Shown here piece after piece: positions 24,241 through 37,468 of a stretch of 64,000 nt of DNA. The stretch's first letter is position 1; each line of letters starts with the position of its first letter. Position numbers and translations under genes: made by a program. The notes under the pieces are model-generated. The model searched no databases. It saw nothing but the letters and a program-made list of their open reading frames with translations, and was not told where the DNA came from. The DNA comes from Laetmonice hystrix (lineage: Eukaryota). Where the stretch lies: positions 41,232,001-41,296,000 of the forward strand of contig OZ249436.1 of assembly GCA_965235115.1 (NCBI GenBank). Reading direction: 5' to 3'.

Positions 24241-27147
24241 TACCATCATGTTTCCGACCACATTCTACACAACCTGACATATAACGGCACGTGGCGTATA
24301 ACGTAACGTGACGTCACGCAACTCTCAATAGGGGCCTCTAATGCTGCTGGCACAGAACTATTGAACTGCAAGATCGCAACCTGAGATAAGGTTGATGTGG
24401 GATCTTGAACATGTACGACGGGACGATACCGTATGGCCGGGGTTCTCGACTCGACTCGTCGGTGACTTGGCTGGTTTATGCCCGACGATCGGGTCGTAAG
24501 GGCTGTTTGGCCACTAGTAGGCCGACCGACGCCGACAGCCAGTTTTGACAATTCACGTGGTTCCATCGTCTTCCTGACACATGCATGGGAATAAATTGTG
24601 CTATCTATGTTGAACAATTTAATACGTTCCACGCTGAGACTGATCCTGGTGGTGATCGCCGTCACATGGTAGGCTATCTGTTCAAAGGTGTGCACAGGTA
24701 AGATGGTACTGCAATGTACCCAATGAGTTCCCAGCACAGGGCAGACACTGACATGCGGTTTAGCCTCTATCGCCTGTCCATCGCCTCAGTGTGGGCCAAC
24801 TGTCGCCTGAGCCATCGCTTGGGTTTTGTCGAGGCGATGGTCAGGCGATGGCCAAGCGATGGATGAGATATCGGTCGCCCTAGTCTGTTCCCGCAACGTT
24901 AGCTATCCGTCGGTCCTAACCGTCGTGCACGTGATTACGGATAGGACACACAATAGCCTTGGGGTCTTGTCCCGACACAAGTAAACTTGTCTGTGGATAA
25001 CTGTATACAGTTCTGAATAAGAAATTGAATTGATGTTTTATGTAAGGTCATGCCATGTTATGTCTCCATGCAGGTTATACGCCTCGGGCTTCGCCCTCGG
25101 CGTATAACCTTATACGCCTCGGGCTTCGCCCTCGGCGTATTAACCTGCATGGCGCCATTCGTGGGCAGTGGATTATCCCTCACGTATTCATGGTCTGTAG
25201 ATCGAGTCAAAGAGCCGTCACGGGCCTTCATTTCAAAAGAAAATTTGAGACACATAAAACAGCATAAAAATGTGCAGTTGAATGAGAAAAAACAAGCTTG
25301 TGAAGCTTATAGCCCCCACCAAGAACTATGGATTCCTGAAGAAACGATGCACGACTTCAATTGATCTTTGAAGGGCAAAGTATATATTGTCAAATGTAAC
25401 TTCGTATGTACTTCGTCTGCATCTTAGTAACTACGCAGTTATGTACAGTTTGATAGTGTTATCCGACGTGAAGTGTTTTGTAGATACATGCAATTGCAAA
25501 TATGCTTGACCTTGATTGACCTTTAGAGGTCAGTTATGTACAGTTTGATAGCGTTATCCGGCGTGAAGTGTTTTGTAGATACAGGCAATTGCAAATATGC
25601 TTGAGTTATTGCTTCGAATTTCTTTAAATCCAAGATGGCCACCAAGCAGCCATTTTTAACGATATGTTTGACCTGTGTCCTGCTTAGACTGTCCCTGGTT
25701 ATTATGTAATGTTTCATGCAAGATTAGATGTTGTTATCTTCCACTGGTTTGGAGGTAGGCCTACAGGCCATTAAAATATGCATGACCTTGATTTACCTTT
25801 CAAGGTCGCCCAAGGTCATGGAAAATGGCGCCAAAAATATTAATATGGCCTCCATGTCGCCATATTTGCTCTGATCTGGGAATACATTGGCATAGGCCTA
25901 TACATTGCCCCTCATAATTATGTACCTTCTACAGTCCACAGGGGGTTATGGGGTTACAACCCCCCCTTACAAAGTAATTTTTCTTTTTTCTGCTTCACAG
26001 GTTCAAACCAAAATCCCCCCCTTAGGCACCCCTCAGACCCCGATCCGCCCTTGCTACCTAGCATCATTATATAAAGGCGTAGTTAAGACTGTTGTCAATT
26101 CCTAACAATCCGGCATGTAAGTCTAAAAACAGCACCGAAGATTTTCACACATATTAACATAATAATTAATATTGTCTAATAAGGTAAGGTAATTCCATAT
26201 TTTGAAATGATCCCGTGCTTGGCAATGCGGGCACCCCAGGGAGCGGCATGCCACGCCGACGTGGCCGCCTCAGCTGAGGGGCTACCGATTCACATATTGT
26301 GCCCGTTTTAGAGCCATATTTTTCTCGAGACCTTTCAGCAGTTAACATCTCTAAAGGCTTATGATCAAACAGTACTCTCCTAACTCGTAATACAAAGCAG
26401 CGCCTGATCCGTGCACTGAAATTTGCCATAACATGCTGATCAACTGACATGAAACAAGTTGTCCAGCAGGAGAGACGTCTCGCTGGAAAGCCATCACTCC
26501 ACGCCTACACCCTACAGCTATACATACAGGCTTCTATGGTGAAGAAATGGTGTTGGGACAATATTTAGGACCGTAGCTAAGAGGTTTTCTGGCAGCAGGC
26601 CCCTGATTGGTAGAATATGAAATTAGACTGAGCAGAATGAGACACATGAGAAATTCACCGACTAACACGTTCAATTGTTTTATAAGGGGTACAGCAATAG
26701 GTTGTCTCGTTAAAATGGCCCGCTGATCTGAACTGCGCAGTCAACTCGCTAAGTGAGAGACCACTGTATGTTGCATACAGAGCATCGACATTGTGGGCAA
26801 TTCATTTAGGTAATGCATTCTTTTCTCCGTAATAACGTAATAACAGTGAACAGGTGCGCTATTTTTAAACTGTCATAGGGTGTAGGCCTAATCGGCCTGT
26901 GCCTTCCAGCTGAGATATAGATGCCTGCAGCTGGCCAGTGCATGGCTACAGATAAGGACATTGCGTGTCACCTAACTTCTATAGCTTCGCATATAAGTTG
27001 GTTCATGTTTTGTTTATACCAATCGCCTACATGTTTTGATATGAACGATTGTACGATGAGTCGCTGGTGTTATCTTATCATGGTTAACTTGTCATAATTA
27101 CCATGGTAACCGATAGACGCTAGTCTTGCTCACCAGTGAATTGGAGG

Positions 27148-27299
27148 CTTTTTAGCCCACAACGGGGGCTTATAATTCGCCCTTCGTCCGGACGTACGGA
27201 CGTCTACGTATGTCCATAGACAGCGATTTCTCAGAAGTGTATGGGTCAATTTCTTTTAAACTTTACACAATGATCAGGGATGATGTGAGGATGATACTC
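27148..27299 (+). mobile_element. Probable Helentron-associated (HINE/DINE-like) element 5' fragment
   Basis: TTTTTAGCCC start, CGTCCGGACGTACGGACGTC tetranucleotide-like tract, then GATTTCTCAGAA..AAACTTTACACAATGAT. Truncated by the palindromic MITE at 27300. Confidence 0.4.
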
Positions 27300-29179
27300 T
27301 GGCAAGCGGAATGGGTAAATCCCGATAAACACTGTTTTTTGATCGCTTGATATCACAGTTTTAGTTGAAAAACAGTGTTTTTCATTGATAAACACTGTTT
27401 CCCGGCTGAAACCTTGTATATCGATCGATTACAACGTTTTGGCCGAAAAACACTTTCTCGCCCAAAACTCTGTCGATCAGTCGATAAGCAGGGTTTTGGT
27501 TGAAAAACACTGTTTATCGATCGAAAAACACTGTTTTTCTATCGATTATCAAACTATTGCCCATTCCGCACGTGGCAAGCGGAATGGGTAAATGCCGATA
27601 AACAGTATTGTTACAGAGACTTTTAGTAATTGCTAGTTTTAGTTTCCATGACATGGCGCCAGAGGAAGTGTGTTTTTTTTATAACGGAACATTTTCTTGG
27701 GACACGGGGTAGAAGTGATAGGGGGCTTTTGTATGGCGGCAGCAGCGTCGAATAAAACTTGGAAACACCGAAATACATAATGGTAGCAGAGCGTGGTGTG
27801 ACAACAGAAACGGAATAGTCCATGGCAAGGAGAAAACGTTGAAGCTTATAATGGAAGATCTAAAGAAGAAAAACGCTCAAGCAAAACGAAATTACACGAG
27901 GAACTAGAAACTCTGATTGCCTTGACTGAGTGTGGTCCCCGCTGCCAGCAACAGGGACTGACATCGCGGGTCGTTAAAACTATACCTCCAATGTGAACTC
28001 ACCGCTGTGTACAATGCCCTTTAGTCAAATTGGTGTATTCTCATCAAACCGCTCCACTGCTTACTTTTTCTTGGTTTTTATCCCATAGGCCTATATTTAA
28101 TAAATCAGAACACTGAAGGCCAATAGGGGAGCATTCCATCACACAAGCAGCCAAGCACTCCTCCATTATGGCCCGAGATCCAGGCCCCCTTCTTAGATAC
28201 TAACTGCTCCTTTCGTGACCTTGACCCCAGTCGCGGTTTATTTAAAATGGCCGCCGGCCGTGACGATGTTGAAGTGCCCGCTTGGTTTGAAAAATCACCT
28301 GAATCTGTTTTGTAGAAGGACTTCAGCTAAATTCATTGGATTCAATGGCTGAAGGTAAAGGCGAAACTTCATTTGAAATGATTTGCTATGTGCGCTCTGG
28401 CCTCCCATTGTGCGCGCGATAGGCCGAGTATACGAGGCCTATCACAGAGGCAACTGATTGCCAAGCAATACAGGTAGGATCCCATTTCCCCAATGTTTTT
28501 CAATCATTACTACATTTTTCGACATTCGACATTCGACATTCGACTGTTCTGTGATTCCGCCAACTGTTTCAGAGATACCTAACACTGCCGGGCCGACATT
28601 ACTTCTAGAGGTTATTTCCATTCACATGGAATTTACTAAGTAGGCCTATCCGTTTAACCTTATGAAATAGAGTAGCCCTTATACCCGTTATCGGCATCAT
28701 GAACAATTGACACATATATCAAAAAGCACACTGCAAGGTCAGTGTCACACAAGGCCAATCGGTGAGAATGTCATCCACACCAGGCTTTTGACTCGGGCTA
28801 AAACGAAGTGCATCTGACCAAAAGTTTGTCATGTCACTTCAACTCCACAGCCAACAATCAAAATATTGTTTCCTTCAGCTCTCCCCCTATGTAAGCTTAC
28901 CAAATTTAGGCATTTAGACAGTTACTTACAGCTACAGTTCAAAACCACAGCTAATTCAGTTATGTCAGTTCTGAATACACATAGTCCTCCAACCCCACCC
29001 TGACTGAGAGGAAGAGCTAGGGGGAGTAACCAGGAACGACCAACCGGCCTTTTATTATCACCAGCCCTTACATAACTCTCTGCCGACCCTGGCCAGGGAC
29101 AGGCCGCGGAGTCTATGTGTATTCAGGGAGCCCGCCGTCCCAGTGACAAACATTTTATTGTGAAGACTGATAAGCTTAA

Positions 29180-29833
29180 CCCTTGTAAGGGCACGTCCAG
29201 GGAGTTGCTTTGTAGGGCACAAGGTTTTTTTTGGGACCCCACATTTAGGTTATCAAAACTTGCAAAATTTAAACAAACAAATAATCTAAAACATATTTTT
29301 TTATTTGAACTAAACATTCTAAAGGCTTACCTGTACTAAAAACTCCTAACCAAAAATCATCTATAACACTTTTCGAACTTTGACAAAATCTTGATGGACA
29401 GTAGACACTGGGGTCCAAAAATACCCCACGTGCCCTTACAAGCACCTATACCAGAAGAAGCTTCATCAAATGCTTCATAGTTACACGCATTTACTGAATA
29501 CTGTTATACATGGAAGATGAGGAGACTTTGGCCCAAAGTCAGCAGGTGGCATTTAACCGTCTTGAGTAAGAGACATCTAGTGGAAAAGGGCGTTTTCAAA
29601 GCTTGGGGTCCAAAAAGACCCCTGGTACCCAGCAACAGCTTTTTTTTTTATGAAACTAAGAAGCATGCCAGCCGACTCTGTCGACATGACAATAAAATCT
29701 TAAAATGAATGTGTTAAAAATCAACTAAGAAACGATATCATAGAAGTGCAGAATTCAAATTTCAGTATTAATGAAAATATTTTCAAAAATACTCGCTTGG
29801 GGTCAAAAAATACCCCACGTGCCCTTACAAGGG
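29180..29833. mobile_element. piggyBac-type MITE
   Basis: TTAA|CCCTTGTAAGGGCACGT ... ACGTGCCCTTACAAGGG|TTAA: 17-bp TIR, CCC..GGG ends and a TTAA TSD. Confidence 0.9.
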
Positions 29834-29887
29834 TTAAAGGAGAAGTCCAGTCAAAAGTCACATTTGGACAGCTGCAAGGCCTATATA

Positions 29888-30737
29888 TCGGGTGGATAAA
29901 AAAAACGCCCCGAACTTTAAACTCCAATATTTCAAAAAGTTTTGATTGTAATTCAATGAAATTTTTCTTACTATCACTTTATGATGTTGTCTCTTAGTTG
30001 TTAATGTTACAACTCAATAGCTTGGATAATATTTCCATAAGGCCGAAAACAAAAATCATTGTACAAAAGCGCGATGCCGGCCTAAAGCGAGTGGTAGTCG
30101 CACCAGAGTCCCTGGCCTCACACTAGAGTAGGTGTCAATCGGTCCCCCGTTTTCACTTCATACTGCTCTCAGTCTCTTTTTACATCGCCAAAGCACTTCC
30201 TGATCTCTGATAGGGAATTATCTTCACATTATTGGGAAATAAGCAGCGTTCTGAACGTGTTGCTAAACGTGATAATGATACGATTTCCCTTAAACTTCTG
30301 CTTACAGTCATATCGTCCTAATGTTGCAGTTTCTCTGTAGGGTTTGGCAAATTAAACATCAGGGTTTCTCTAGAAGTACTAGGAAGAGGACATCATTTAT
30401 TATATCTAGTGGTTCACAACATTATACATATTGTAAAACATGCAAAAACTAAATATTGAAAATGTTTTTACCCAAGGTACAATGCGGTGCATCAAACAGG
30501 TATCAAATTGGACACCTGGCAGCTGCATGATATTTGACCTAATTCCGGCATTGTGTTTTTAGACACTGATTTTTGTTTTTAGCGCCACGGGATTAATATC
30601 AAAGGTATTGAGCGGAAACTTTAACATACAAGAGATAATATCATGAAGTTATATTAAGAGAAATTTTATTGAATTATAATGCAAAGTTATTGAAATATTA
30701 AAGTTTAATTTCGGGGCGTTTTTTTTTATCCACCCGA
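29888..30737. mobile_element. Tc1/mariner-type MITE
   Basis: TATATA-TCGGGTGGATAAAAAAAACGCCCCGAA ... TTCGGGGCGTTTTTTTTTATCCACCCGA-TATATA; degenerate inverted similarity extends further inward. Confidence 0.85.
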
Positions 30738-31080
30738 TATATACTCACTTTTCAGAGTATTGGTTGGAAATAAATATCCCCCCATTCCAAGAAGTCATAT
30801 GTTGAACATGACAACCGTGTCAAAATCACTGGCTTCAGCGGCGCAACCATTTGTGGAGCTGGCCGGAAGTAAGTGACGTCCTTGTGCCCATCTATTGCAT
30901 GCCGGGGCTAGGCTAGACTAGGCTAAAGACAGCCGAGTCGGGTGGGCAAATCGACGGGGGTCAGTCCCACAGTCACAGTCACAACTAAACGCAACAGGTC
31001 TTTGCTGACCACAGGAGTCTGACTCCTGTGGTGCTGACTGCCAGTGCCCGCGGTCGGCTTAATTCCTAGCCATTCCTTAC

Positions 31081-31425
31081 CACTATGATCGATGGTTTTC
31101 GTCTATGTTCTAACAAATTTTGCTTATAAGCTGTCAACGTTCGCTACCTTTTAAATAGCTCAACGCAACAGGTGCGTCAGTTTTTCGTTCCTCCCAAACT
31201 GGAGAGCATTCGTGCTGTGTTTGGTCAGGCCTAGGTCGAGCATGCCCAATTTGAGATTAGCCCAACGAGCAGACGCTATGGCGGAATCCACCAGCTGAGC
31301 AGCGCTCTAAGCAGGCCCCAGCAATAAAATGCTTATATCTTAACTATTTGACCACCAATTGTGTTCAAATCTTTTTAACTTGCTTAGAATATGACGGCAT
31401 GTGTGCCTGGCCTGTACAGATTGGC
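31081..31425. repeat. Dispersed repeat with a second copy at about 36616-36935
   Basis: Shared CAACGTTCGCTACCTT, TTCCTCCCAAACTGGAGAGCA, GCAGACGCTATGGCGG and GGCATGTGTGCCTGGCCTGTACA. Confidence 0.8.
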
Positions 31426-33603
31426 TATTTTCTTTTCTTTTAAGGAGATTTCACGCTGACGTCACTGCTGTTTACTCTGCTGGTCACATGACCATCTACA
31501 TCCTTCTAGCTCGCAAAACATCAGCATCTTCAGAATATTTTGTCGATTTATGGAGCCTACATGCTACCAATAAAATCCGAATGTGGTTATACCTGTGTTG
31601 GTGTGGGGTATCAGCCACTGTCTAGATGGATTGGCATTTATGGGAAGAGAAAAAACTAAGTGAACTATCTGAACGCAAAGAATGGTAACCTAAAGACAGC
31701 TGTGGCCCACATTTCACCTCAGTAAGGACTATCTTCATTTATTTCTAACATTGTTAATATTACCCAACACAATTATGTTATGGTGAGTAGAATGATCAAG
31801 ATTAGAGAAGGCCGGACATTCACGTCTGCCTAGTCTGATATTGGCAGTGATCAGGCTGGCTCTTGGCACGAGCCAGTGGACACCAGCCCAACCATCAACA
31901 CCTCTGCCGCGCCGGCTGACTCGGGCCCCGCACAGCCAGAGCAGGCTCTTGCTGGCAACAATGCTTTCCCAGGTCAGCGAACGTCTTAGTCAGGGGCAGT
32001 GGTGGCCTGATGCCCTGTAGACTGACTGGGTGCTCTGTAAGTAGTTAGTCTGGGAGCTAGCAAATATTTAATTGACAGTTCAAGTACAAAAGGTTTGACA
32101 CTTTGATTAAGTAGTCTTGTGAATGGGCACCCAGAAATTTGAGTTCTTAAGTTCGAAATTTGGTGCTACCACCAGAGGGCGCTGGTCAAAGTTGCCCCAA
32201 AATGGGATTTAAATAACATTAGGAGTACATCAACCAAATCTGTGCCAAAAGTTTCTCTGTACGGGTAAGATTCAAACTTTATCACTCTTAAGTGACGGAC
32301 TGGGGGATAAGTCCGTTTCTGAGTGACCAGTAGGGGGCGCTATACCGCCATTTAAATGGCACCTACATTTCCTTTTACTGTAAAAAAGAACAAAACGGAA
32401 ATCTAAGGGGGGCAGTCCCCCTAGGCCCCCTGGATCCCCCACTGCATAACGCGTTCTTAAACAGTGAAAGGCAAAGGTTATGCCATTGTGTCACTATTAA
32501 CTGAATGTATAATGGCATCCTGGGGGAAATTTACGCGTTAACCTCTCAGCACCAATTTCCTTAAAGACCGACATGGTGTGCCAGCCGGCAAATGCTAATG
32601 TGGTACCAGGCGCCCGCGCCCAACCAATCTGAAGGCGGTGGGCGTGCCAACGACGTGATCTTTTACCAGGCCAGGTCCGATCAATGGGCCAGAAATAGCC
32701 AGTCACGGATGATTGACAGGCGAATACAATAGAGCAGGGGTCATCGCACCGCGATTTTCAAATCCAAGCGCCAGGCAAGAGTAGAAATTGGTATTGATTT
32801 TCGATCATTTCTAATGTTCATCGATTCCTGGCCTCGACACTGTAGGTATATTAGGATGCCCTCTGACGATTATGCAGTTTGGGCACGTGAATGCGATGGA
32901 TATCGCCCGTTGTTGCCAAAAACCATGGGAGCTCTTCACTCTGGGAGCCAAATGAGCTGGTGGGTGTCACCCTTCCCTTTTATAGTGCATGTCGGTCTTT
33001 AATTATAGGTGGAGAATTGGTACGGTACGAATATGAATGCTGCTATTACGACGCTACATCCATGCTTCTAACAATCATAATAAAATTTGCAATGCAACTC
33101 GCATTCTGTGCATGTTCATGATGTGAAACCTTCGTCTACCAATATGTCTGGACAGATTTGCTAATATGAAAGGATCGTTTCTTGTTCGTTTTTCTAAATG
33201 TATACTTTTTTTAAAGACCCTGTATACTGACGAGGGAACAGAAACACAACATTATTTGTTGGACTGGATATCCATTTTCATTTTGTAATATACAAAAATA
33301 AACAAATCAAATGCCTCTCGTTAATTGGCAAGTTGTAAGCCCTGCTGGTCATAGAGCCGCGTAAAACAACGCGAACACTTTCTGTGAAAAGTGCACCATC
33401 TATCAGTATTTTCATTTCAGAAACTGTTGCGATCCTTTTATTTCAATACCAGATATGTTATGTCTTATCACCGGCGGCCTGTCACATTGTGTGCCTCCAG
33501 ACACTCTACACCTCTCAATGTCACCGCATAATATTAATTAATACACCGATGATTGTCTGCTTGGTTTTGGTGCTCTCGTGTAGTTAAGAAAGATCTATCA
33601 GCT

Positions 33604-34557
33604 ATCTTCAGTTTACGACTTTCTGGTTGCAGTTACATTGTTCGTCTAAGGTAGGTACACTATGTTACCATCTTTAGTTTACGACTTTCTGGTTGTAGTT
33701 ACATTGTTCGTCTAAGGTAGGTACACTATGTTACCATCTTCAGTTTACGACTTTCTGGTTGCAGTTACATTGTTCGTCTAAGGTAGGTACACTATGTTAC
33801 CATCTTCAGTTTACGACTTTCTGGTTGCAGTTACATTGTTCGTCTAAGGTAGGTACACTATGTTACCATCTTCAGTTTACGACTTTCTGGTTGCAGTTAC
33901 ATTGTTCGTCTAAGGTAGGTACACTATGTTACCATCTTCAGTTTACGACTTTCTGGTTGTAGTTACATTGTTCGTCTAAGGTAGGTACACTATGTTACCA
34001 TCTTCAGTTTGCGACTTCCTAGTTGCAGTTACATGGTTCGTCTAAGGTAGGTACACTATGTTACCATCTTCAGCTTCCGACATTCTAGTTGCAGTTACAT
34101 TGTTCGTCTAAGGAAGGTAGACTATGTTACCATCTTCAGTTTACGACTTTCTGGTTGCAGTTACATGGTTCGTCTAAGGTAGGTACACTATGTTACCATC
34201 TTCAGTTTACGACTTTCTGGTTGCAGTTACATGGTTCGTCTAAGGTAGGTAGACTATGTTACCATCTTCAGTTTACGACATTCTGGTTGTAGTTACATGG
34301 TTCGTCTAAGGTAGGTACACTATGTTACCATCTTCAGCTTCCGACATTCTAGTTGCAGTTACATTGTTCGTCTGAGTTAGGTACACTATGTTACCCTCTT
34401 TAGTTTACAACTTTCTGGTTGCAGTTACATGGTTCGTCTTAGGTAGGTACACTATGTTACCATTAGTTTACAACTTTCTGGTTGCAGAACTTTACATGGT
34501 TCGTCTTAGGTAGGTACACTATGTTACCATCTTTAGTTTACGACTTTCTGGTTGCAG
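33604..34557 (+). repeat. 66-bp minisatellite, about 14 units
   Basis: Unit TCTTCAGTTTACGACTTTCTGGTTGCAGTTACATTGTTCGTCTAAGGTAGGTACACTATGTTACCA; 22-aa period in the ORF track. Confidence 0.95.
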
Positions 34558-36139
34558 TAAAGTCTGGTCAGGCAGCGAATCATGACGTCAAGTGACGTCA
34601 CGTCATGACGTGATGACGTCAAACTATTTTGAACATTGAGGCAGTTTTTTAAGCCCATATTTATAATTGGCCAAGGGTGCAATTTGAGCCTTGATTATTT
34701 GACCTTCGACCTTAGAGAGAACTGGATCCTAGGTCACAAATTGGTTAAATAGCTTCTCCTTCTCTATTTTTTTTGTAAAATTCGACAATATTCGGCAGAA
34801 ACACTCTCTAACAAAATGTCACAAGGTGATTGCGGGGATAAGCGATTTGACATATTTTTGCTGAACCACATGACCTGCAAATTTTGAAGTTGTGTCGTTT
34901 GGAAGAGCCCTAGCTGTAACTATTGAAGGATTTAAGACAGAGCCATAATTGTTTATGGACTTTATAAACGATGTATTTCCCCTTTTATTCGGTACCATGA
35001 TTTTTGTATCACGTGACTTGTGACGTTATCTACAACGTCATGTTTTTCTTACTGGCTGAACGCTTCTTAACTACGGGACCATACGCTCATGCCTTCTAAT
35101 ATTTACAGAGTGGGGACTTCAAACTGACTACTTTAACATAATATAAAGTTCAATTAACAAAATATATAATTAACTACACAGAGAACAATTATATAAGAGA
35201 AGGACGTGAGAACAGGCGCCGAATTTGACCATTCTTTAAGTGACCTGGTGACCTACCTTTTGACTACAGATTGGGAACACTCATTCTGTTTTCAAGGTCC
35301 ACCTCACATTTGCTCCAAAACTATTAATTTCATTTCAATGATATTTACAATACGAGAAGCTTCATCGGTCCTCTTTCAGATAATATTAAATTCACTTGTG
35401 GGCAAGCTATACGTATTTCGAAAAACGCTGATTTATGAAGAAAGGTTTCATGCGGCACAAAAAGAATGTTAACAAGGGTGAATATTAGCGTAATAAAACA
35501 TTTCACCGGGATGAAAAAGAGAAAATTAGCACTGTAATTAAACACATTGAACTGTTACGTTTGTGTCTGTTGTATAACACTAAATTATATAGGAAAGCAC
35601 TTGTCAGTGACAACATGCCTGGGGCGGATCCCCACTCTTTTTTTTAAGAATGGGCAGAAATTATTGTTAGGCTAGGCCTAAATACAGGCGCGTGCCCAGG
35701 ATTTTCAGCGGGGGTTTTCAGGAAATTTTTAAAAATTAGAAGCTCTGAGACGCGATTTCCCGCCTTATAGGCACCATTTTAGGGCATTATTTTGTGGATT
35801 CATCGCTCCACAGGTTCAAAATGGCAGGAAGGTTTCGCATCTGTTCATTCGATGTTATTCAGTTGAATCGAAGAGAAAAAAGCTATGCTCTAAAATGGTT
35901 GAAGTTCAAGCCATAGTTACTATTAAACACTAATAGGAAATCATACATTCTCTTTCATTTGACACCAAGCTTTATGACGTATCCTGACCTATGATCTCAT
36001 AATGATGTCATTGGCATCGTCTAAAGATTACAGTCATTAACTGTCCAAGATTGATACTCAGAACATGTCATATCCGACTCCCAGGGGATGGGATACATTG
36101 TGGTATCGCCACAACGTGTGTAACACGTAGTAGTATATA

Positions 36140-36565
36140 ACTACCTGACCTGGCTAAGTCGTGCTTAGAGAACACTGAGAAGAGACTGAAGAGGTGCCCA
36201 GACACTAACTCCGGACGAGCTGGAAGAAGCCAGATTCTACCACCTCAAACAAGCACAAAGTGAGAACTTCTCGTCAATCCAGGTCTGGATGATTATGACG
36301 GGCTATTGCGATGTGAGGGCAGACTTCGATATGCAGATTGTCTTCCCTGGGAAACCCGTTGTCCCATAATTCTTCCAAAGAGTGACCACGTCACTAGACC
36401 CATTGTTAAAGAGAGCCATGAAAGGTGCCATGCAGCACGGAGGAACCAATCATGTTCTCGCAAGTCTTTCAACTCAGTATTGGATCCTTTCCGGCAGAGA
36501 GGCCATCATGAGAGTGAGAACGGGCGTGCATGGACTGCCATGAAGAATGCAGGCAGCCGAAACAC
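36140..36565 (+). mobile_element. BEL/Pao LTR retrotransposon pol fragment (RNase H to integrase Zn-binding region), frameshifted
   Basis: LTPDELEEARFYHLKQAQSENF / DGLLRCEGRLRYADCLPWETRCPIILPKSDHVTRPIVKESHERCH / HGGTNHVLASLSTQYWILSGREAI. Confidence 0.85.
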
Positions 36566-37254
36566 ACGGCGGCCCAAATACATGTCCACCCTGATAATTT
36601 CTAGCGACTCCTCATCACTATCGATGGTTTCCGCTCATGTTCTAACAAATATGGCTTATGTAAGCTGCCAACGTTCGCTACCTTCCGAATCACTCAACGC
36701 AACATGTGTGTCAGTTTTTTGTTCCTCCCAAACTGGAGAGCAGTCGTGTTGTGATTGTTCAGGCCTAGGTCAGGCACAGTGAAGCCAAAATTAGCAGACG
36801 CTATGGCGGTATCCACCAGCTGAGCAGGCTCCGGCACTAAGTGCTTATATCTTAACTATTCGAGCACCAATTGTGTTCAAATCTTTTTCTAACTTGCTTA
36901 GAATTTCACGGCATGTGTGCCTGGCCTGTACAAGCTGGCGACAGAGTTTTCTTTTAATTAAGGACTGTAACCAGTATTCAGAATGTATAGCCTACTTGAA
37001 ATACTATGCTGCTAGCGAATGGCCAAGAAGTTATCGGGATAGTCATCTGAACGTCGAGACATCATTGCCGGATGAGTAAAGACTACCTGACCTTGACCAC
37101 GACCTTGTGTATCATAATAGATTTGATACGACGATGATAGAATATAATGTAGGGTATTAGGGTATACTTCTGAAGCATACTGCAGTAGTTTCCTGACCGT
37201 CATATATTTTTTTTGTTGTGTTATCTGATTACTCTATCAGGAATTGAGACGACA

Positions 37255-37386
37255 ATGGGAGCTGAGTGGAAGGCGAGGGACATATTGGTATTAGTGACGT
37301 CATTAGTAGAATGCGGTGTCATTGGCGGCGCGATATTCGGGTGGGCGTCTCTTGTCTACGTCCTTCAGGTAGGAGACCAATCTGAT

Positions 37387-37468
<82 letters not shown>

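Larger units (their letters stand above)
21589..24894. mobile_element. TIR element with CATCGC/GCGATG subterminal repeats (EnSpm/CACTA-like), carrying nested insertions
   Basis: Left end CGGGAACAGACTA(TA)GGGCGATCGAT; right end ATCGGTCGCCCTAGTCTGTTCCCG. Confidence 0.7.

Noticed and set aside
33227..33270. Hammerhead-like CTGACGA..GAAA (also about 57430 and 21044)
   Set aside because: Stem II does not pair and there is no correctly placed UH cleavage site.
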